Shown here: piece after piece, positions 26,687-36,978 of the stretch
Numbering within the stretch: position 1 is the stretch's first letter
How the letters are laid out: each line of letters opens with the position of its first letter
Origin: a virus
Lineage: Duplodnaviria > Caudoviricetes
Virus record (IMG/VR): IMGVR_UViG_3300009001_000002
Coordinates: 1 to 61,190 of that record
DNA length: 61,190 nucleotides
Reading direction: 5' to 3' (one strand)
The notes under the pieces: model-generated
What the model was told of the DNA's origin: nothing
Databases searched by the model: none
The model's input: only the letters and a program-made list of their open reading frames with translations
Program-made: the position numbers and the translations under genes

Positions 26687-27449
26687 AGATGCATATATAA
26701 TGCTTTGTACACCATGTTATGGTGGTATGATGCATGAAGCTTACTTTCATAGTGTAGTAAAATTATTTCAAGAAGCAAGAGATAAAAATTTTAAAATTCA
26801 TTTAAATACTATGGGAAACGAAAGTTTAATTACTAGAGGAAGAAACACGATGGTATCTCAATTTATGGATAATGAACACTGCACTCATTTATTATTTGTA
26901 GATTCCGACATCGCTTTCTATCCTGAATTAGTTACTAAATTATTAGAATTTGATAAAGATGTTGTAACAGCTATCTATCCTCGAAAAACTATCGAATGGA
27001 AGAATTTAGAGTACTACGTTAAAAAAGGAGATCTAAAAACTATGGAGCAGAAGTTATTAGGATATAACTTAAACTTTCCTGATCCTTTAAATATAGACGT
27101 ACAAGACGGATTCGTAGAAGTATTAGATGCCGCTACAGGTTTCATGCTTATTAAAAAAGATGTATTTGTAAAAATGAGAGAAGCGTATCCTGAATTAAAA
27201 TATACTTCTGATCAGATTATTAATAATAAAACGTATTCTAGTGATTGGTGTTATGCTTTTTTCGATTGTATGATTGATCCTAAAAGTAATCGATATCTAA
27301 GTGAAGATTACACATTCTGTCGTAGATGGCAGCAAATAGGTGGAAAAATATACGCTGAAATAACATATCCATTAACTCATTACGGAACTTACGGTTTTAG
27401 AGGAAATGTATCGCATAAATTTGCAAAAAAAGATAGTATAGACATATAA
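26664..27449 (+). CDS. GT-A-fold glycosyltransferase-like protein
   Basis: TPCYGG, ESLITRGRN, LLFVDSDI (DxD), ATGFMLIK, LSEDYTFC, H.G. Confidence 0.72.
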   Translation: MSQSSSAKDAYIMLCTPCYGGMMHEAYFHSVVKLFQEARDKNFKIHLNTMGNESLITRGRNTMVSQFMDNEHCTHLLFVDSDIAFYPELVTKLLEFDKDVVTAIYPRKTIEWKNLEYYVKKGDLKTMEQKLLGYNLNFPDPLNIDVQDGFVEVLDAATGFMLIKKDVFVKMREAYPELKYTSDQIINNKTYSSDWCYAFFDCMIDPKSNRYLSEDYTFCRRWQQIGGKIYAEITYPLTHYGTYGFRGNVSHKFAKKDSIDI

Positions 27450-28102
27450 TGGCAACAACTTATTCAGCTTTAAAAACCGACATTCAAACCTGGATGCAGA
27501 ATACAGGAACTGATTTTACTAATCAGTTAGATACGTTTATTAATAACACGGAACAGCGATTATTAAGGGAAATAGATCCTGAAGCTTTCGTTTTTAATAA
27601 ATTTACTGCTTTAACAAGTGGTAGTCGTTTTTTAAATAACCCAAGCGATCTTCTTATTATTAAAAATCTTTTAATAGAAAACGGAGATGATAGAATTTTT
27701 CTTGAGATGAAAACTGATGAATTTATATATGAATACTGGCCTGATGATAGTCAAACTGCTCTTCCTAAATATTTCGCTAATTATGACGATGATATAACAT
27801 TAATAGCACCTACGCCAGATTCGAATTATAGAGTAGAAATGCAGTATGTTGGAAGAATTGAAACTCTTTCTGCGACCAATACGACTAATTGGTTAACAGA
27901 AAATGCTGATGACGCATTACTTTACGGTTGTTTATCGGAAGCTTCTATCTTTACAAAGAATATGGAAGATTATGCGTTATATGATAAAAGATATCAGGAA
28001 ATCGTTGCGGGATTGAATAATCAATCTAGAAGGCGCAGACGAACTGACTACAAATTCCCTGCTAGCCCTGCTGGCACGGACACCTTGACAGGAAGCCAAT
28101 AA
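27449..28102 (+). CDS. Tail adaptor/tubular protein (putative)
   Basis: P.Y.A...APTPD..Y...TNWL..NA.DALLYG.L.EA. Confidence 0.6.
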   Translation: MATTYSALKTDIQTWMQNTGTDFTNQLDTFINNTEQRLLREIDPEAFVFNKFTALTSGSRFLNNPSDLLIIKNLLIENGDDRIFLEMKTDEFIYEYWPDDSQTALPKYFANYDDDITLIAPTPDSNYRVEMQYVGRIETLSATNTTNWLTENADDALLYGCLSEASIFTKNMEDYALYDKRYQEIVAGLNNQSRRRRRTDYKFPASPAGTDTLTGSQ

Positions 28103-28114
28103 GGAGGTAACATC

Positions 28115-28534
28115 ATGGCAATAACTCAAGCACTCTGTACTGTATTTAAGCAGGATTTAATGGACGCAGGGCAAGACTTAACTTCAGCGACATTAAAGAT
28201 AGCTTTATATACCAGTTCAGCAACTTTAGACGGAACTACTTCCGCCTATTCTACATCTAATGAAGTAACCGGAACAGGTTACACTGCGGGTGGAGAAACA
28301 TTAACAAACGTAGTCGTTGCAACAGACGGAACGACAGCATATCTTGATTGTGATAACGCATCATGGTCAAGTGCTACGATTACAGCAAGAGGAGCGTTAA
28401 TTTATAATAACTCTAACTCTAACTCAGCTATTTGTGTTTTAGATTTTACGGAAGATAAATCATCTTCAAACGGAACATTTGAAATACAGTTTCCAGCCCC
28501 TGGTGCAAGCACTGCTTTAATTAGAATTGCTTAA
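28115..28534 (+). CDS. Virion structural protein
   Basis: KIALYTSSATL...Y...NEV.GTGY.AGG...TARGALIYN. Confidence 0.6.
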   Translation: MAITQALCTVFKQDLMDAGQDLTSATLKIALYTSSATLDGTTSAYSTSNEVTGTGYTAGGETLTNVVVATDGTTAYLDCDNASWSSATITARGALIYNNSNSNSAICVLDFTEDKSSSNGTFEIQFPAPGASTALIRIA

Positions 28535-28983
28535 TGGCATTAATAGTAAACGATAGAGTAAAAGAGGAAACAACCACGACTGGTACGGGCACTGTCTCAC
28601 TAGATGGTGCTGATACCGGTTTTGAAACTTTTGTTACAGGTATTGGAACAGGAAATGAAACGTATTACTGTATTGCAGCCGGTTCCGAATTTGAAGTAGG
28701 AAGAGGAACTGTTACAAGTGGAACTCCTGATACTTTATCTCGTGATACTGTTATTTCTTCTAGTAATTCTGACGCTTTAGTTAATTTTTCTGCAGGAGCC
28801 AAATCAGTTTTTTGTACATATCCAGCAAGTCAAGCACCTTCACCAAGTATGGATGCTACGACTTATATTAACACTCATAACTCAACAATTTCTGAAGATC
28901 AAAATATTGACTCTGCTGTTTTAGCAGGACCAGTGACAATCACAGGAACAGTCGTAGCAACAGGAACACTGGCGATCATCTAA
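28534..28983 (+). CDS. Tail-associated protein
   Basis: DRVKE.TTTTGTG...EVG.GT...LSR.TV.SSSN...F.AG.K.VF.T.PA. Confidence 0.6.
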   Translation: MALIVNDRVKEETTTTGTGTVSLDGADTGFETFVTGIGTGNETYYCIAAGSEFEVGRGTVTSGTPDTLSRDTVISSSNSDALVNFSAGAKSVFCTYPASQAPSPSMDATTYINTHNSTISEDQNIDSAVLAGPVTITGTVVATGTLAII

Positions 28984-30701
28984 TGTCATTACTCGAAGTT
29001 AATAAAATTACCCCTCAATCAGGAACAACTCTCACACTCGGAGATACAGGTGATACCATTAACTTTGGCAGTGGTGTTCTTCCTAATTTTGAAAATTTAA
29101 CAGTCACCGGCGATCTTACTGTTGATACAAATTCTTTAAAAGTTGATAGCACGAACAATAGAGTAGGTATCGGAACAGCGAGTCCTAGTGCTACTTTACA
29201 TGCACAAAGTTCTACAAACACTCTTTTATTTATTGATAGCACAGACGCAATTTCTGGATTGGCTATGGCGGATACCACAGGTTCAATTTTAATGAGAACA
29301 GCAAGTAGTGGTATTTTACAATTTTACATAGGTGGCGATGCTTCTACGACCGGATCAAATTCCTCAGAAGCTATGCGCATTGATAGTTCTGGTAATGTAG
29401 GAGTGGGTGAAAGTAGTATAGAGAGTAAATTTCACGTCAAAGATAATTTAGCTTCTACAGGAGTAGGTACTTCTTCTAATCCTATTGTTATTATTCAAAA
29501 TGAAAGATTGAATACAGGAACTAGTTCTGCTGTATTAAGATTTGATACCAATGAAATTGCGGGTAGCCAACAACACCCAAGAGCATCTATTGCAGCTGAA
29601 CTTGGTAGTCAATCTAGTAATGTAGATGGTAGATTATTATTCGCTACAACAGATGTTTCTGGAAATATGACAGAACGTATGCGTATAGATAGTTCTGGTA
29701 ATGTCGGTATTGGTACAACTTCAATAAGTACTTTGGGTAGTAATCACACTACATTACAAATTAATGGCACAAGCATAGACAGAACTGGTGCTTTAAGATT
29801 ACGTTCATCTAATGACAGTGTAGATAGTGCATTGTGGGCATCTACTACTTCAACTTATTTAGCCACTATATCAAACCATCCTTTACAATTTCGTACTAAC
29901 AATACAGAACGTATGCGTATAGATAGTTCTGGTAATGTAGGTATTGGAATGACACCTGCACCATTAACAGGTACAAACACAGTTTTATCTTTATATAATA
30001 GTTCAACACCAAGAATAAAATTACATAACTCTACCACAGGAACAACAAGTACAGATGGTGCAGAAATTAATATGTCATCTTCTGATTTGATTATTGAAAA
30101 TAGAGAATCTGGTAATCAAAGATTTTATACTAATGGTGGGGAACGTATGCGTATAGATAGTTCTGGTGATACATCAATGGGTGTCACAAGTGTTTATGAT
30201 GGCTCAAGATTAAGTGTTGAGAAAGCAGGTAAAGTTGCATCATTTTTTACAACATCTACATTTACTCAGGACATTATTAATATTGGAAATAAAAATGGTG
30301 GATATTCTTCTAAACCACTCAGATTTTGGAATGGTAACCCAGAGGGTAGTGGAAGTATTGTTGGTGAAGTTGTTTGTAGTACAACAGCTACATCTTACAA
30401 CACATCTTCAGACTACAGACTAAAAGAAAATGTAAACTATGACTTTGACGCACCAACAAGATTAAAACAATTAAAACCTGCAAGATTTAATTTCATAGCT
30501 GATGCCAATACAACTGTAGATGGTTTCCTAGCACACGAAGTTTCAGATATTGTTCCAGAAGCTATTACAGGAACAAAAGATGAAGTAGATGGCGAAGGTA
30601 ACCCTGTTTATCAAAGCATCGATCAAAGCAAATTAGTCCCTTTATTAGTGGCCACTATTAAAGAACTAGAAGCAAGAATAGAGGCGTTGGAAAATGCTTA
30701 A
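28983..30701 (+). CDS. Tail fibre 1 with C-terminal S74 intramolecular chaperone
   Basis: ERMRIDSSGNVGIG repeats; TSSDYRLKENV...GFLAHEV...DQSKLVPLLV. Confidence 0.85.
   Translation: MSLLEVNKITPQSGTTLTLGDTGDTINFGSGVLPNFENLTVTGDLTVDTNSLKVDSTNNRVGIGTASPSATLHAQSSTNTLLFIDSTDAISGLAMADTTGSILMRTASSGILQFYIGGDASTTGSNSSEAMRIDSSGNVGVGESSIESKFHVKDNLASTGVGTSSNPIVIIQNERLNTGTSSAVLRFDTNEIAGSQQHPRASIAAELGSQSSNVDGRLLFATTDVSGNMTERMRIDSSGNVGIGTTSISTLGSNHTTLQINGTSIDRTGALRLRSSNDSVDSALWASTTSTYLATISNHPLQFRTNNTERMRIDSSGNVGIGMTPAPLTGTNTVLSLYNSSTPRIKLHNSTTGTTSTDGAEINMSSSDLIIENRESGNQRFYTNGGERMRIDSSGDTSMGVTSVYDGSRLSVEKAGKVASFFTTSTFTQDIINIGNKNGGYSSKPLRFWNGNPEGSGSIVGEVVCSTTATSYNTSSDYRLKENVNYDFDAPTRLKQLKPARFNFIADANTTVDGFLAHEVSDIVPEAITGTKDEVDGEGNPVYQSIDQSKLVPLLVATIKELEARIEALENA
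29673..29699 (+). repeat. Exact 27-bp repeat GAACGTATGCGTATAGATAGTTCTGGT (also at 29907, 30141, 35897)
   Basis: Read directly; the first three copies are 234 bp apart. Confidence 0.85.
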
Positions 30702-30745
30702 ATTCTTTTATACTAACCCTAAAAACACCAAGGAGGTGAATTAAA

Positions 30746-31054
30746 ATGGCAATAACCTACGAATGGAGCTTCCCTAATTTTGAAGTTGATGGCTCTGATA
30801 ATGTAAAAACAGTCCATTGGAGACTGACCGCTACTGACAGCGAAGTTGATGCTGACGGTAACGCTTATACAGCATCCATGTATGGAAGCTGCAATGGTGC
30901 AGACATGACGTTTGCTACCATGACAAAACAGAACGCAATTGATTGTGTGATCGAACACGGAGGTCAAGCAGAAGCAGATATGCAAGCTAATCTTGACAGC
31001 CAGATCGCAGCATCAAAAGCGCCTGCAACAACAAGTAAAACGAAGGAGTTTTAA
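30746..31054 (+). CDS. Tail-fibre-associated small protein
   Basis: TYEW...V..VHWR..ATD; AAGGAGG RBS. Confidence 0.55.
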   Translation: MAITYEWSFPNFEVDGSDNVKTVHWRLTATDSEVDADGNAYTASMYGSCNGADMTFATMTKQNAIDCVIEHGGQAEADMQANLDSQIAASKAPATTSKTKEF

Positions 31055-31269
31055 TGTTTACTTTTGACGACAAAGAATATGACGAAACCAAACTGAATCA
31101 GCAAGGACAAGAGGCGTATGGCCACTTGAAGCTGATTGCGAGTCAAGAACTCGATCTCCAAGTGAAGATTAATCACTTATCAATATTGAAAGCACACTAT
31201 ACAAGTGCCTTAAAAGAAAATCTTCCGACTGTCGAAGAGAAAAAAGAAGAGGAAGAGAAAAAGGAATAA
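31054..31269 (+). CDS. Small coiled-coil protein (fibre-chaperone-like)
   Basis: Coupled; DDKEYD...L. Confidence 0.5.
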   Translation: MFTFDDKEYDETKLNQQGQEAYGHLKLIASQELDLQVKINHLSILKAHYTSALKENLPTVEEKKEEEEKKE

Positions 31270-31275
31270 GGCAGT

Positions 31276-33495
31276 ATGGCTAGCGAATTAAAAGTAAATA
31301 AGATTTCTCCCGAGTCAGGCACCACCCTGACTCTGGGTGATTCTGGAGATACGATTAATTTCGGTAGCGGCGTACTGCCTAACTTTGAAAACCTCACGGT
31401 CACGGGTGATCTGACCGTTGATACAAATTCTTTAAAAGTAGATTCTACCAATAATTTTGTCGGTATTGGTACTGCTTCACCAAGTGTCGCTTTGGATGTG
31501 GTCGGAGCCATTACCGCTACAGGTAATATCACAGGAACACTCGCAACAGCTTCTCAACCGAACATTACATCAGTAGGAACTTTAAGCAGTTTATCTGTTA
31601 GTGGAAATATCACAGGAACTTTAGCCACCGCAGCACAACCTAATATTACAAGTTTAGGAACACTCACAGGATTAACCACAACAGGGAATATTAATTTAGG
31701 TGATAGTGATCGATTACGATTAGGTGCCTCACAAGACTTACAAATTTTTCACGATGGATCACATTCTAATATTATAGATAATGGTTCTGGTAATTTAAGA
31801 CTGGGAGGAGACACTCAAATTTACTTAGGTAGATTTTCCGGGGACACTCCAAGTGAGGCATATGCAACATTTAATTCTAATGGTGCTGTTAATTTATATT
31901 ATGATAACGCAGTTAAACTATCCACCACATCTACAGGTATAGATGTTACAGGAACCGTGGTTAGTGATGGATTGACTGTTGATGGTAATGCTACTGTAAG
32001 TGGTAACTTAACCGTTGATACAAACACTTTTTTTATTGATAGCGTAAATAATATCGTAAGAATTGGGGATAATTCTAGTTACACTCCCAACACATCAGCA
32101 GATGATCTTATTGTTGGAACCACTACCTCTGGTTCAAAAACAGGTATAACTATTTTATCTTCAAATGATGTAGCATTTTCAAGAGGAAGTATTTATTTTG
32201 CTGATTCTGCCGCAGATTCTGTTGGCAGAATAGAATACAATCATGGCACTTCTGATACTGATGTAATGAAGTTTTTCACTAATACCACAGAAGCCATGCG
32301 TATAACCAGTGCTGGTCGTGTGGGTATTGGTACAACAAGTCCAACTAACGAATTAATGGTAGCTGGTGGAACAGACACCAGAATTACTATTGATGGTAGT
32401 TCTTCATCGGGTTTATATATAACCGATAGTGGTGCTAGTGGAGTTACTATTAGAAACACTAATGACGGTGATTTAGAGTTTTTAGGAGTAAGTGGAAAAT
32501 CATTTGTATTTAATCAAGCAAGTGTAAACACAGATTTTAGAATTGAAAGTGATGCAAATGCCAACATGTTTTTTGTTGATGCTAGTACTAATAGAGTTGG
32601 TATTGGTACAAATAGTCCTAGTTCTTTACTTGACCTTGTTTTTTCAAGTACAAATACCTCACCAACACCGGGTAATTCTACTTTAAGAATTAGACAAACA
32701 GCAAGCGGCACTAATGGATATTTTTCTGCCATAAATTTAAGCACAGCAACGGTTGGAGATAGTGCTGATTCTTTAATTGTCAATTATGGAATTACAAATG
32801 GACAAAGTGCTTTAGCCTTTTTTACAGATAATTTAAATACTTGTTCTGAAAGAATGAGAATAGATCAAAATGGTCGTGTCGGTATTGGTACAACGAGTCC
32901 TGAATCTACTTTGCATGTTCAAGGTTCTGAAATAAAAGCAAAAAATTCAACTAGTGCTTTTGTAACTATTGAAGCTGGTTCAGCAAGTTACCAATCAATA
33001 TTACAATTTTCTGATGGAGGTGCTTCAGGTGCATTAATTTATGATCACCCAAGTAATTACTTAGCAACTAAAGTCAATGGCTCAGAAGCTATGCGTATTA
33101 GTAATTCTGGCAATGTCGGTATTGGTATAACTTCACCCGGTGTTGCTTTAGATGTATCTGGTGCGATTAGAGCAACAGGTGATATTACAGCGTTTTATAC
33201 TTCCGATAGATCTTTAAAAACTAATATAGAAAATATTTCTGATCCTATAAATAAAGTAAAAGAATTAAACGGTGTTTCTTATAACTGGACTGAAGCTGCA
33301 CAGAAAAAATACAGTCATCTTAATGATCAAAAAGAAATTGGTGTCATTGCTCAAGATGTAGAAAAAGTTTTACCTGAAATGGTAGCACAAAGAGAAGATG
33401 GCACAAAAGCAGTTCGTTACGAAAGAATGTGTGCTTTATTAATTGAATGTGTAAAGGATTTACAAAATCAAATAGATGAATTAAAGGATAAATAA
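31276..33495 (+). CDS. Tail fibre 2 with S74 chaperone
   Basis: Shared N-terminal module, TAAQPNITS.GTL repeats, MRI...G.VGIGT repeats, TSDRSLKTNI...GVIAQDVEKVLPE. Confidence 0.85.
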   Translation: MASELKVNKISPESGTTLTLGDSGDTINFGSGVLPNFENLTVTGDLTVDTNSLKVDSTNNFVGIGTASPSVALDVVGAITATGNITGTLATASQPNITSVGTLSSLSVSGNITGTLATAAQPNITSLGTLTGLTTTGNINLGDSDRLRLGASQDLQIFHDGSHSNIIDNGSGNLRLGGDTQIYLGRFSGDTPSEAYATFNSNGAVNLYYDNAVKLSTTSTGIDVTGTVVSDGLTVDGNATVSGNLTVDTNTFFIDSVNNIVRIGDNSSYTPNTSADDLIVGTTTSGSKTGITILSSNDVAFSRGSIYFADSAADSVGRIEYNHGTSDTDVMKFFTNTTEAMRITSAGRVGIGTTSPTNELMVAGGTDTRITIDGSSSSGLYITDSGASGVTIRNTNDGDLEFLGVSGKSFVFNQASVNTDFRIESDANANMFFVDASTNRVGIGTNSPSSLLDLVFSSTNTSPTPGNSTLRIRQTASGTNGYFSAINLSTATVGDSADSLIVNYGITNGQSALAFFTDNLNTCSERMRIDQNGRVGIGTTSPESTLHVQGSEIKAKNSTSAFVTIEAGSASYQSILQFSDGGASGALIYDHPSNYLATKVNGSEAMRISNSGNVGIGITSPGVALDVSGAIRATGDITAFYTSDRSLKTNIENISDPINKVKELNGVSYNWTEAAQKKYSHLNDQKEIGVIAQDVEKVLPEMVAQREDGTKAVRYERMCALLIECVKDLQNQIDELKDK

Positions 33496-34493
33496 TGCCT
33501 ACACCTACAGGTCAAATAAGTTTATCTGACGTCAATGTAGAACTAGGAAATAGTTCTACCGCTCAAATCAACATGGGATCTTCTGCTGTTAGAGGATTAG
33601 CAGATGTCGCTTCAGGCGCAATCACTATGAATAATCTAAGAGGTAAATCTTCTTGGTCAAATTATACAATTACTTACGTCATTATCGCAGGTGGTGCGGA
33701 AGGAGGTAATTGGGTTGGTGGTGGCGGTGGAGCAGGTGGTGTTGTAACAGGTTCAGGTTCTGCTTCAACCATGGGTGGTGCTTCTGCTCCTACTCAACTA
33801 ACAGTCACTGTTGGTGCTGGTGGTTCTAATGGTGCTATCGGTGGAGCAACGGGGGCTAATGGTTCCAACTCTTCTATAACAGGAGCAACTACTGCTCAAG
33901 GCGGTGGAGGTGGTGGTGCTAATGGAGGCAATGGTAACGGTGCTGACGGTGGTTCTGGCGGTGGCGGAGGTAAGTTTGGTAATGGTAGTGGAGGTAATAA
34001 TGCTTCTGGCCAAGGTAATATTGGAGGTTCTGGTAACAGTAGTCTTGACGGTTCTGAAGGTGGTGGAGGTGGTAAAGGCTCTGCTGGTGGAAATGCAGGT
34101 CAAAACGGTGGATCAGGTGGATCAGGCGCATCTATTACAATATCAGGAGTGAGTAAAGGTACAAAAGCCGGCGGTGGCGGAGGCTGTGCTCAAGCAAATC
34201 GAACTGGTGGTTCTGGTGGTTCTGGTGGTGGAGGTAACGGTAAAGCAGATGATGAAACTACTTTAGGTTCAAGTATTAATGGTGATACAAATACAGGTTC
34301 TGGTGGTGGAGGCGCAAGAAATAGAAAAGATGAAGGAGATAGAGGAATTCCGGGCACGGGTGGATCTGGTATTATTTATATTAGTGTTCCGACTTCAAAT
34401 TACTCAGGAACCACAACAGGGAACCCTTCCGTACAAACATCTGGATCCAATACTATTTTAACATTCACAGGTTCAGGGAGTTACACAACATAA
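33495..34493 (+). CDS. Glycine-rich tail-tip/adhesin protein
   Basis: P.GQISLSDVNVELG N-terminus and polyglycine GGGGG/GGSG repeats. Confidence 0.7.
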   Translation: MPTPTGQISLSDVNVELGNSSTAQINMGSSAVRGLADVASGAITMNNLRGKSSWSNYTITYVIIAGGAEGGNWVGGGGGAGGVVTGSGSASTMGGASAPTQLTVTVGAGGSNGAIGGATGANGSNSSITGATTAQGGGGGGANGGNGNGADGGSGGGGGKFGNGSGGNNASGQGNIGGSGNSSLDGSEGGGGGKGSAGGNAGQNGGSGGSGASITISGVSKGTKAGGGGGCAQANRTGGSGGSGGGGNGKADDETTLGSSINGDTNTGSGGGGARNRKDEGDRGIPGTGGSGIIYISVPTSNYSGTTTGNPSVQTSGSNTILTFTGSGSYTT

Positions 34494-34855
34494 TGGCACA
34501 TTTCGTACAGTTAGATGAAAATAATAAAGTAATACAAGTAATCGTTGTTAATAATGATGTTATAGTCGATGGTGAAGGAAATGAACAAGAATCTTTAGGT
34601 ATTGCTTTTTGTCAGTCTTTATATGGCGATAATACAAATTGGAAACAAACGTCTTACAATGCTAGTTTTAGGGGTAAGATGGCAGGAATAGGTAGCACTT
34701 ACGATAGTGAAAATGATATTTTTATTCCACCTCAGCCCTTTCCTAGTTGGACTTTAAATGATATAAATATATGGATACCACCTGTTCCTTATCCTACAGA
34801 TGATACCGTTACGTATCTTTGGGACGAGGAAAACACACAGTGGGTTCAAGGTTAA
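34493..34855 (+). CDS. Conserved partner of Gly-rich fibre proteins
   Basis: MAHF..LDENN.V..V.VV...WKQTSYN..FR...AGIG..YD...F..PQPFPSW. Confidence 0.65.
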   Translation: MAHFVQLDENNKVIQVIVVNNDVIVDGEGNEQESLGIAFCQSLYGDNTNWKQTSYNASFRGKMAGIGSTYDSENDIFIPPQPFPSWTLNDINIWIPPVPYPTDDTVTYLWDEENTQWVQG

Positions 34856-34858
34856 AAA

Positions 34859-36700
34859 ATGAGTGAACTTAAAGTAGATAAAATAACCCCGAGACTCGGT
34901 ACTACCTTAACGTTAGGTGATGCAGGGGACACGATCAATTTTGGTAGTGGCGTTTTACCGAACTTCGAGAACTTAACGGTGACAGGAGATTTAACCGTTG
35001 ATACGAATAGTTTAAAAGTTGATAGCACGAATAACTTCGTGGGTATTGGCACGGCATCACCTAGCGTGGCCTTAGATGTCGTAGGAGCGATCACAGCCAC
35101 AGGAAATATTACAGGAACTTTAGCAACAGCTTCTCAGCCTAATATTACTTCGGTTGGCACACTGACTTCGGCTACAATATCAGGCGATCTAACAGTAGAT
35201 ACAAACACATTGTATGTGGATAGCACAAATAATCGTGTGGGTATTGGTACAACTAGTCCTCAATCTGGTTTAGATTTAACCTCATCTATAAAAGGTTCGT
35301 GGACATCGGGAAATGTATATTCTTATCCAACAGGTAATGCTTATATAAAAGTACAAGGCACTTCAAATGAACATAATTGGATTGGTATATCGGGGGTATA
35401 TGATGATAACTCAAGTTCTGCTAACTTATTACTTCAGGCAAATTTACGAAATACAAATGAACAAGCAGGAAATTATATAGGTTCTGAAGCACAAACATCT
35501 ACCTCAGCACATTTAACTTTTGGTAAATTGATTGGTGGTTCTGCTGTTGGAGTAAATGCCACAAAAACTGAAGCTATGCGTATAGATAATTCTGGTAATG
35601 TCGGTATTGGTACAACAAGTTTAGGTACTTATAAATTATCTGTTGATAGTGGAACAGCAGGAAATACAAATGCTGAAGCAGGCTTATATTTAAGTGGTAC
35701 TAGAGCAGGAGTTGTTTACAACATTGTTTCTAATACAGCAAATACAACTACAGATAAAGGTAGTGGTATTAAATTCCAAAATGGTGGATTTGATACAGGT
35801 GCAATAATTATTAGAAATGATGGTGCGTCTGTTTCTGGTGATTCAGCAGGATATATGACCTTTCATACATCAGATGACGGAACTGAAAATCTTTCAGAAC
35901 GTATGCGTATAGATAGTTCTGGTAACTGGATGGTAGGTAAGACGAGTGTTGACCTTGGTGTTACAGGAGTTGAATTTAGAGCAGGTTCTTACAATGCTAT
36001 GACTAATGATGGTGGTGTTCCTCTTTATTTGAATAGATTAACCTCGGATGGTGGTATTCTTGAATTTAGAAAAGATGATGCAACAGTAGGTAGTATCAAT
36101 GCTTCTGGTTCACGATTAGGAATAGGTAGTGGTAGTGTTGGTCTTTGGTTTGATAATACAAGTTATGGTGCTGTGCGACCTTTTAATGTATCTACAAACA
36201 GTGATAACGATAATGTAGTTGATTTAGGTTCTTCTGGTTCAAGATTTAAAAACGCATACTTATCCGGCAACGTCTATCTCGGTGGAACAGGAAGTGCCAA
36301 TGCCTTAGATGATTATGAGGAAGGTACATTTACTCCATTAGTAGAAGGTACTACTACATCAGGTTCAGCTACTTATACAACAAGAGTAGCAAAATATACT
36401 AAAGTAGGAAATATTGTACATTTTAATATATTTATTAGATGGCAATCAGGAACTGGTTCAGGTCCTTTTATAATAACAGGATTACCCTTTACTTCAGTAG
36501 GTTCTAGTTATCATAGTGCAGTCACTATCGGTTGGATGAATGATTACGATTACACGAATGGAAAAATTCCAAGAGCATACGTACCAAGTAGTATTAGTAG
36601 AATTAATTTTGAAGAATCTACCGACAATGGTGGTTCAACTAATTTAAATTATGATTCTCAAGCGGGATTAATTTTATCTGGAAGTTATGAAACAAGTTAA
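34859..36700 (+). CDS. Tail fibre 3
   Basis: Shared N-terminal module; ANALDDYEEGTFTP...YTKVGN.V...GLPF C-terminal domain. Confidence 0.85.
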   Translation: MSELKVDKITPRLGTTLTLGDAGDTINFGSGVLPNFENLTVTGDLTVDTNSLKVDSTNNFVGIGTASPSVALDVVGAITATGNITGTLATASQPNITSVGTLTSATISGDLTVDTNTLYVDSTNNRVGIGTTSPQSGLDLTSSIKGSWTSGNVYSYPTGNAYIKVQGTSNEHNWIGISGVYDDNSSSANLLLQANLRNTNEQAGNYIGSEAQTSTSAHLTFGKLIGGSAVGVNATKTEAMRIDNSGNVGIGTTSLGTYKLSVDSGTAGNTNAEAGLYLSGTRAGVVYNIVSNTANTTTDKGSGIKFQNGGFDTGAIIIRNDGASVSGDSAGYMTFHTSDDGTENLSERMRIDSSGNWMVGKTSVDLGVTGVEFRAGSYNAMTNDGGVPLYLNRLTSDGGILEFRKDDATVGSINASGSRLGIGSGSVGLWFDNTSYGAVRPFNVSTNSDNDNVVDLGSSGSRFKNAYLSGNVYLGGTGSANALDDYEEGTFTPLVEGTTTSGSATYTTRVAKYTKVGNIVHFNIFIRWQSGTGSGPFIITGLPFTSVGSSYHSAVTIGWMNDYDYTNGKIPRAYVPSSISRINFEESTDNGGSTNLNYDSQAGLILSGSYETS

Positions 36701-36712
36701 AGGAGCAAAACA

Positions 36713-36970
36713 ATGGCAATAACAAAAGAAACAACTATCGCTAAAATAGAAGTCGTAGGTGATTACAAAGCTGTGCAAATTGCTACTGATACAGTCATCA
36801 AAGAAGATGGTGTAGAGTTATCAAGAAGCAGACACAGACATACAGTTCACCCAGACCAAGATATTACAGGCGAAGATGCAGAAGTACAGGCAGTATGTAA
36901 TGCTGTTTGGACACAAGCAGTGAAAGATGCTTGGACTGCGTTTCAAGCTGAGCAACAAAATAATATCTAA
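36713..36970 (+). CDS. Tail-fibre-associated small protein
   Basis: KIEVVG....Q......EDG.ELSRS.HRH...VQAVCNAVWT. Confidence 0.6.
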   Translation: MAITKETTIAKIEVVGDYKAVQIATDTVIKEDGVELSRSRHRHTVHPDQDITGEDAEVQAVCNAVWTQAVKDAWTAFQAEQQNNI

Positions 36971-36978
36971 TTTAAACA

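Noticed and set aside
33798-34461. Alternative-frame ORFs in the Gly-rich gene
   Set aside because: Artefacts of low-complexity GGN codon runs
29015-35100. Similar minus-strand ORFs at 29015, 31197 and 34852
   Set aside because: They are antisense shadows of the repeated fibre N-terminus, with no RBS
28983-36700. Diversity-generating retroelement or invertase shufflon acting on the fibres
   Set aside because: No reverse transcriptase or recombinase is visible, repeats are direct, and differences are not adenine-specific
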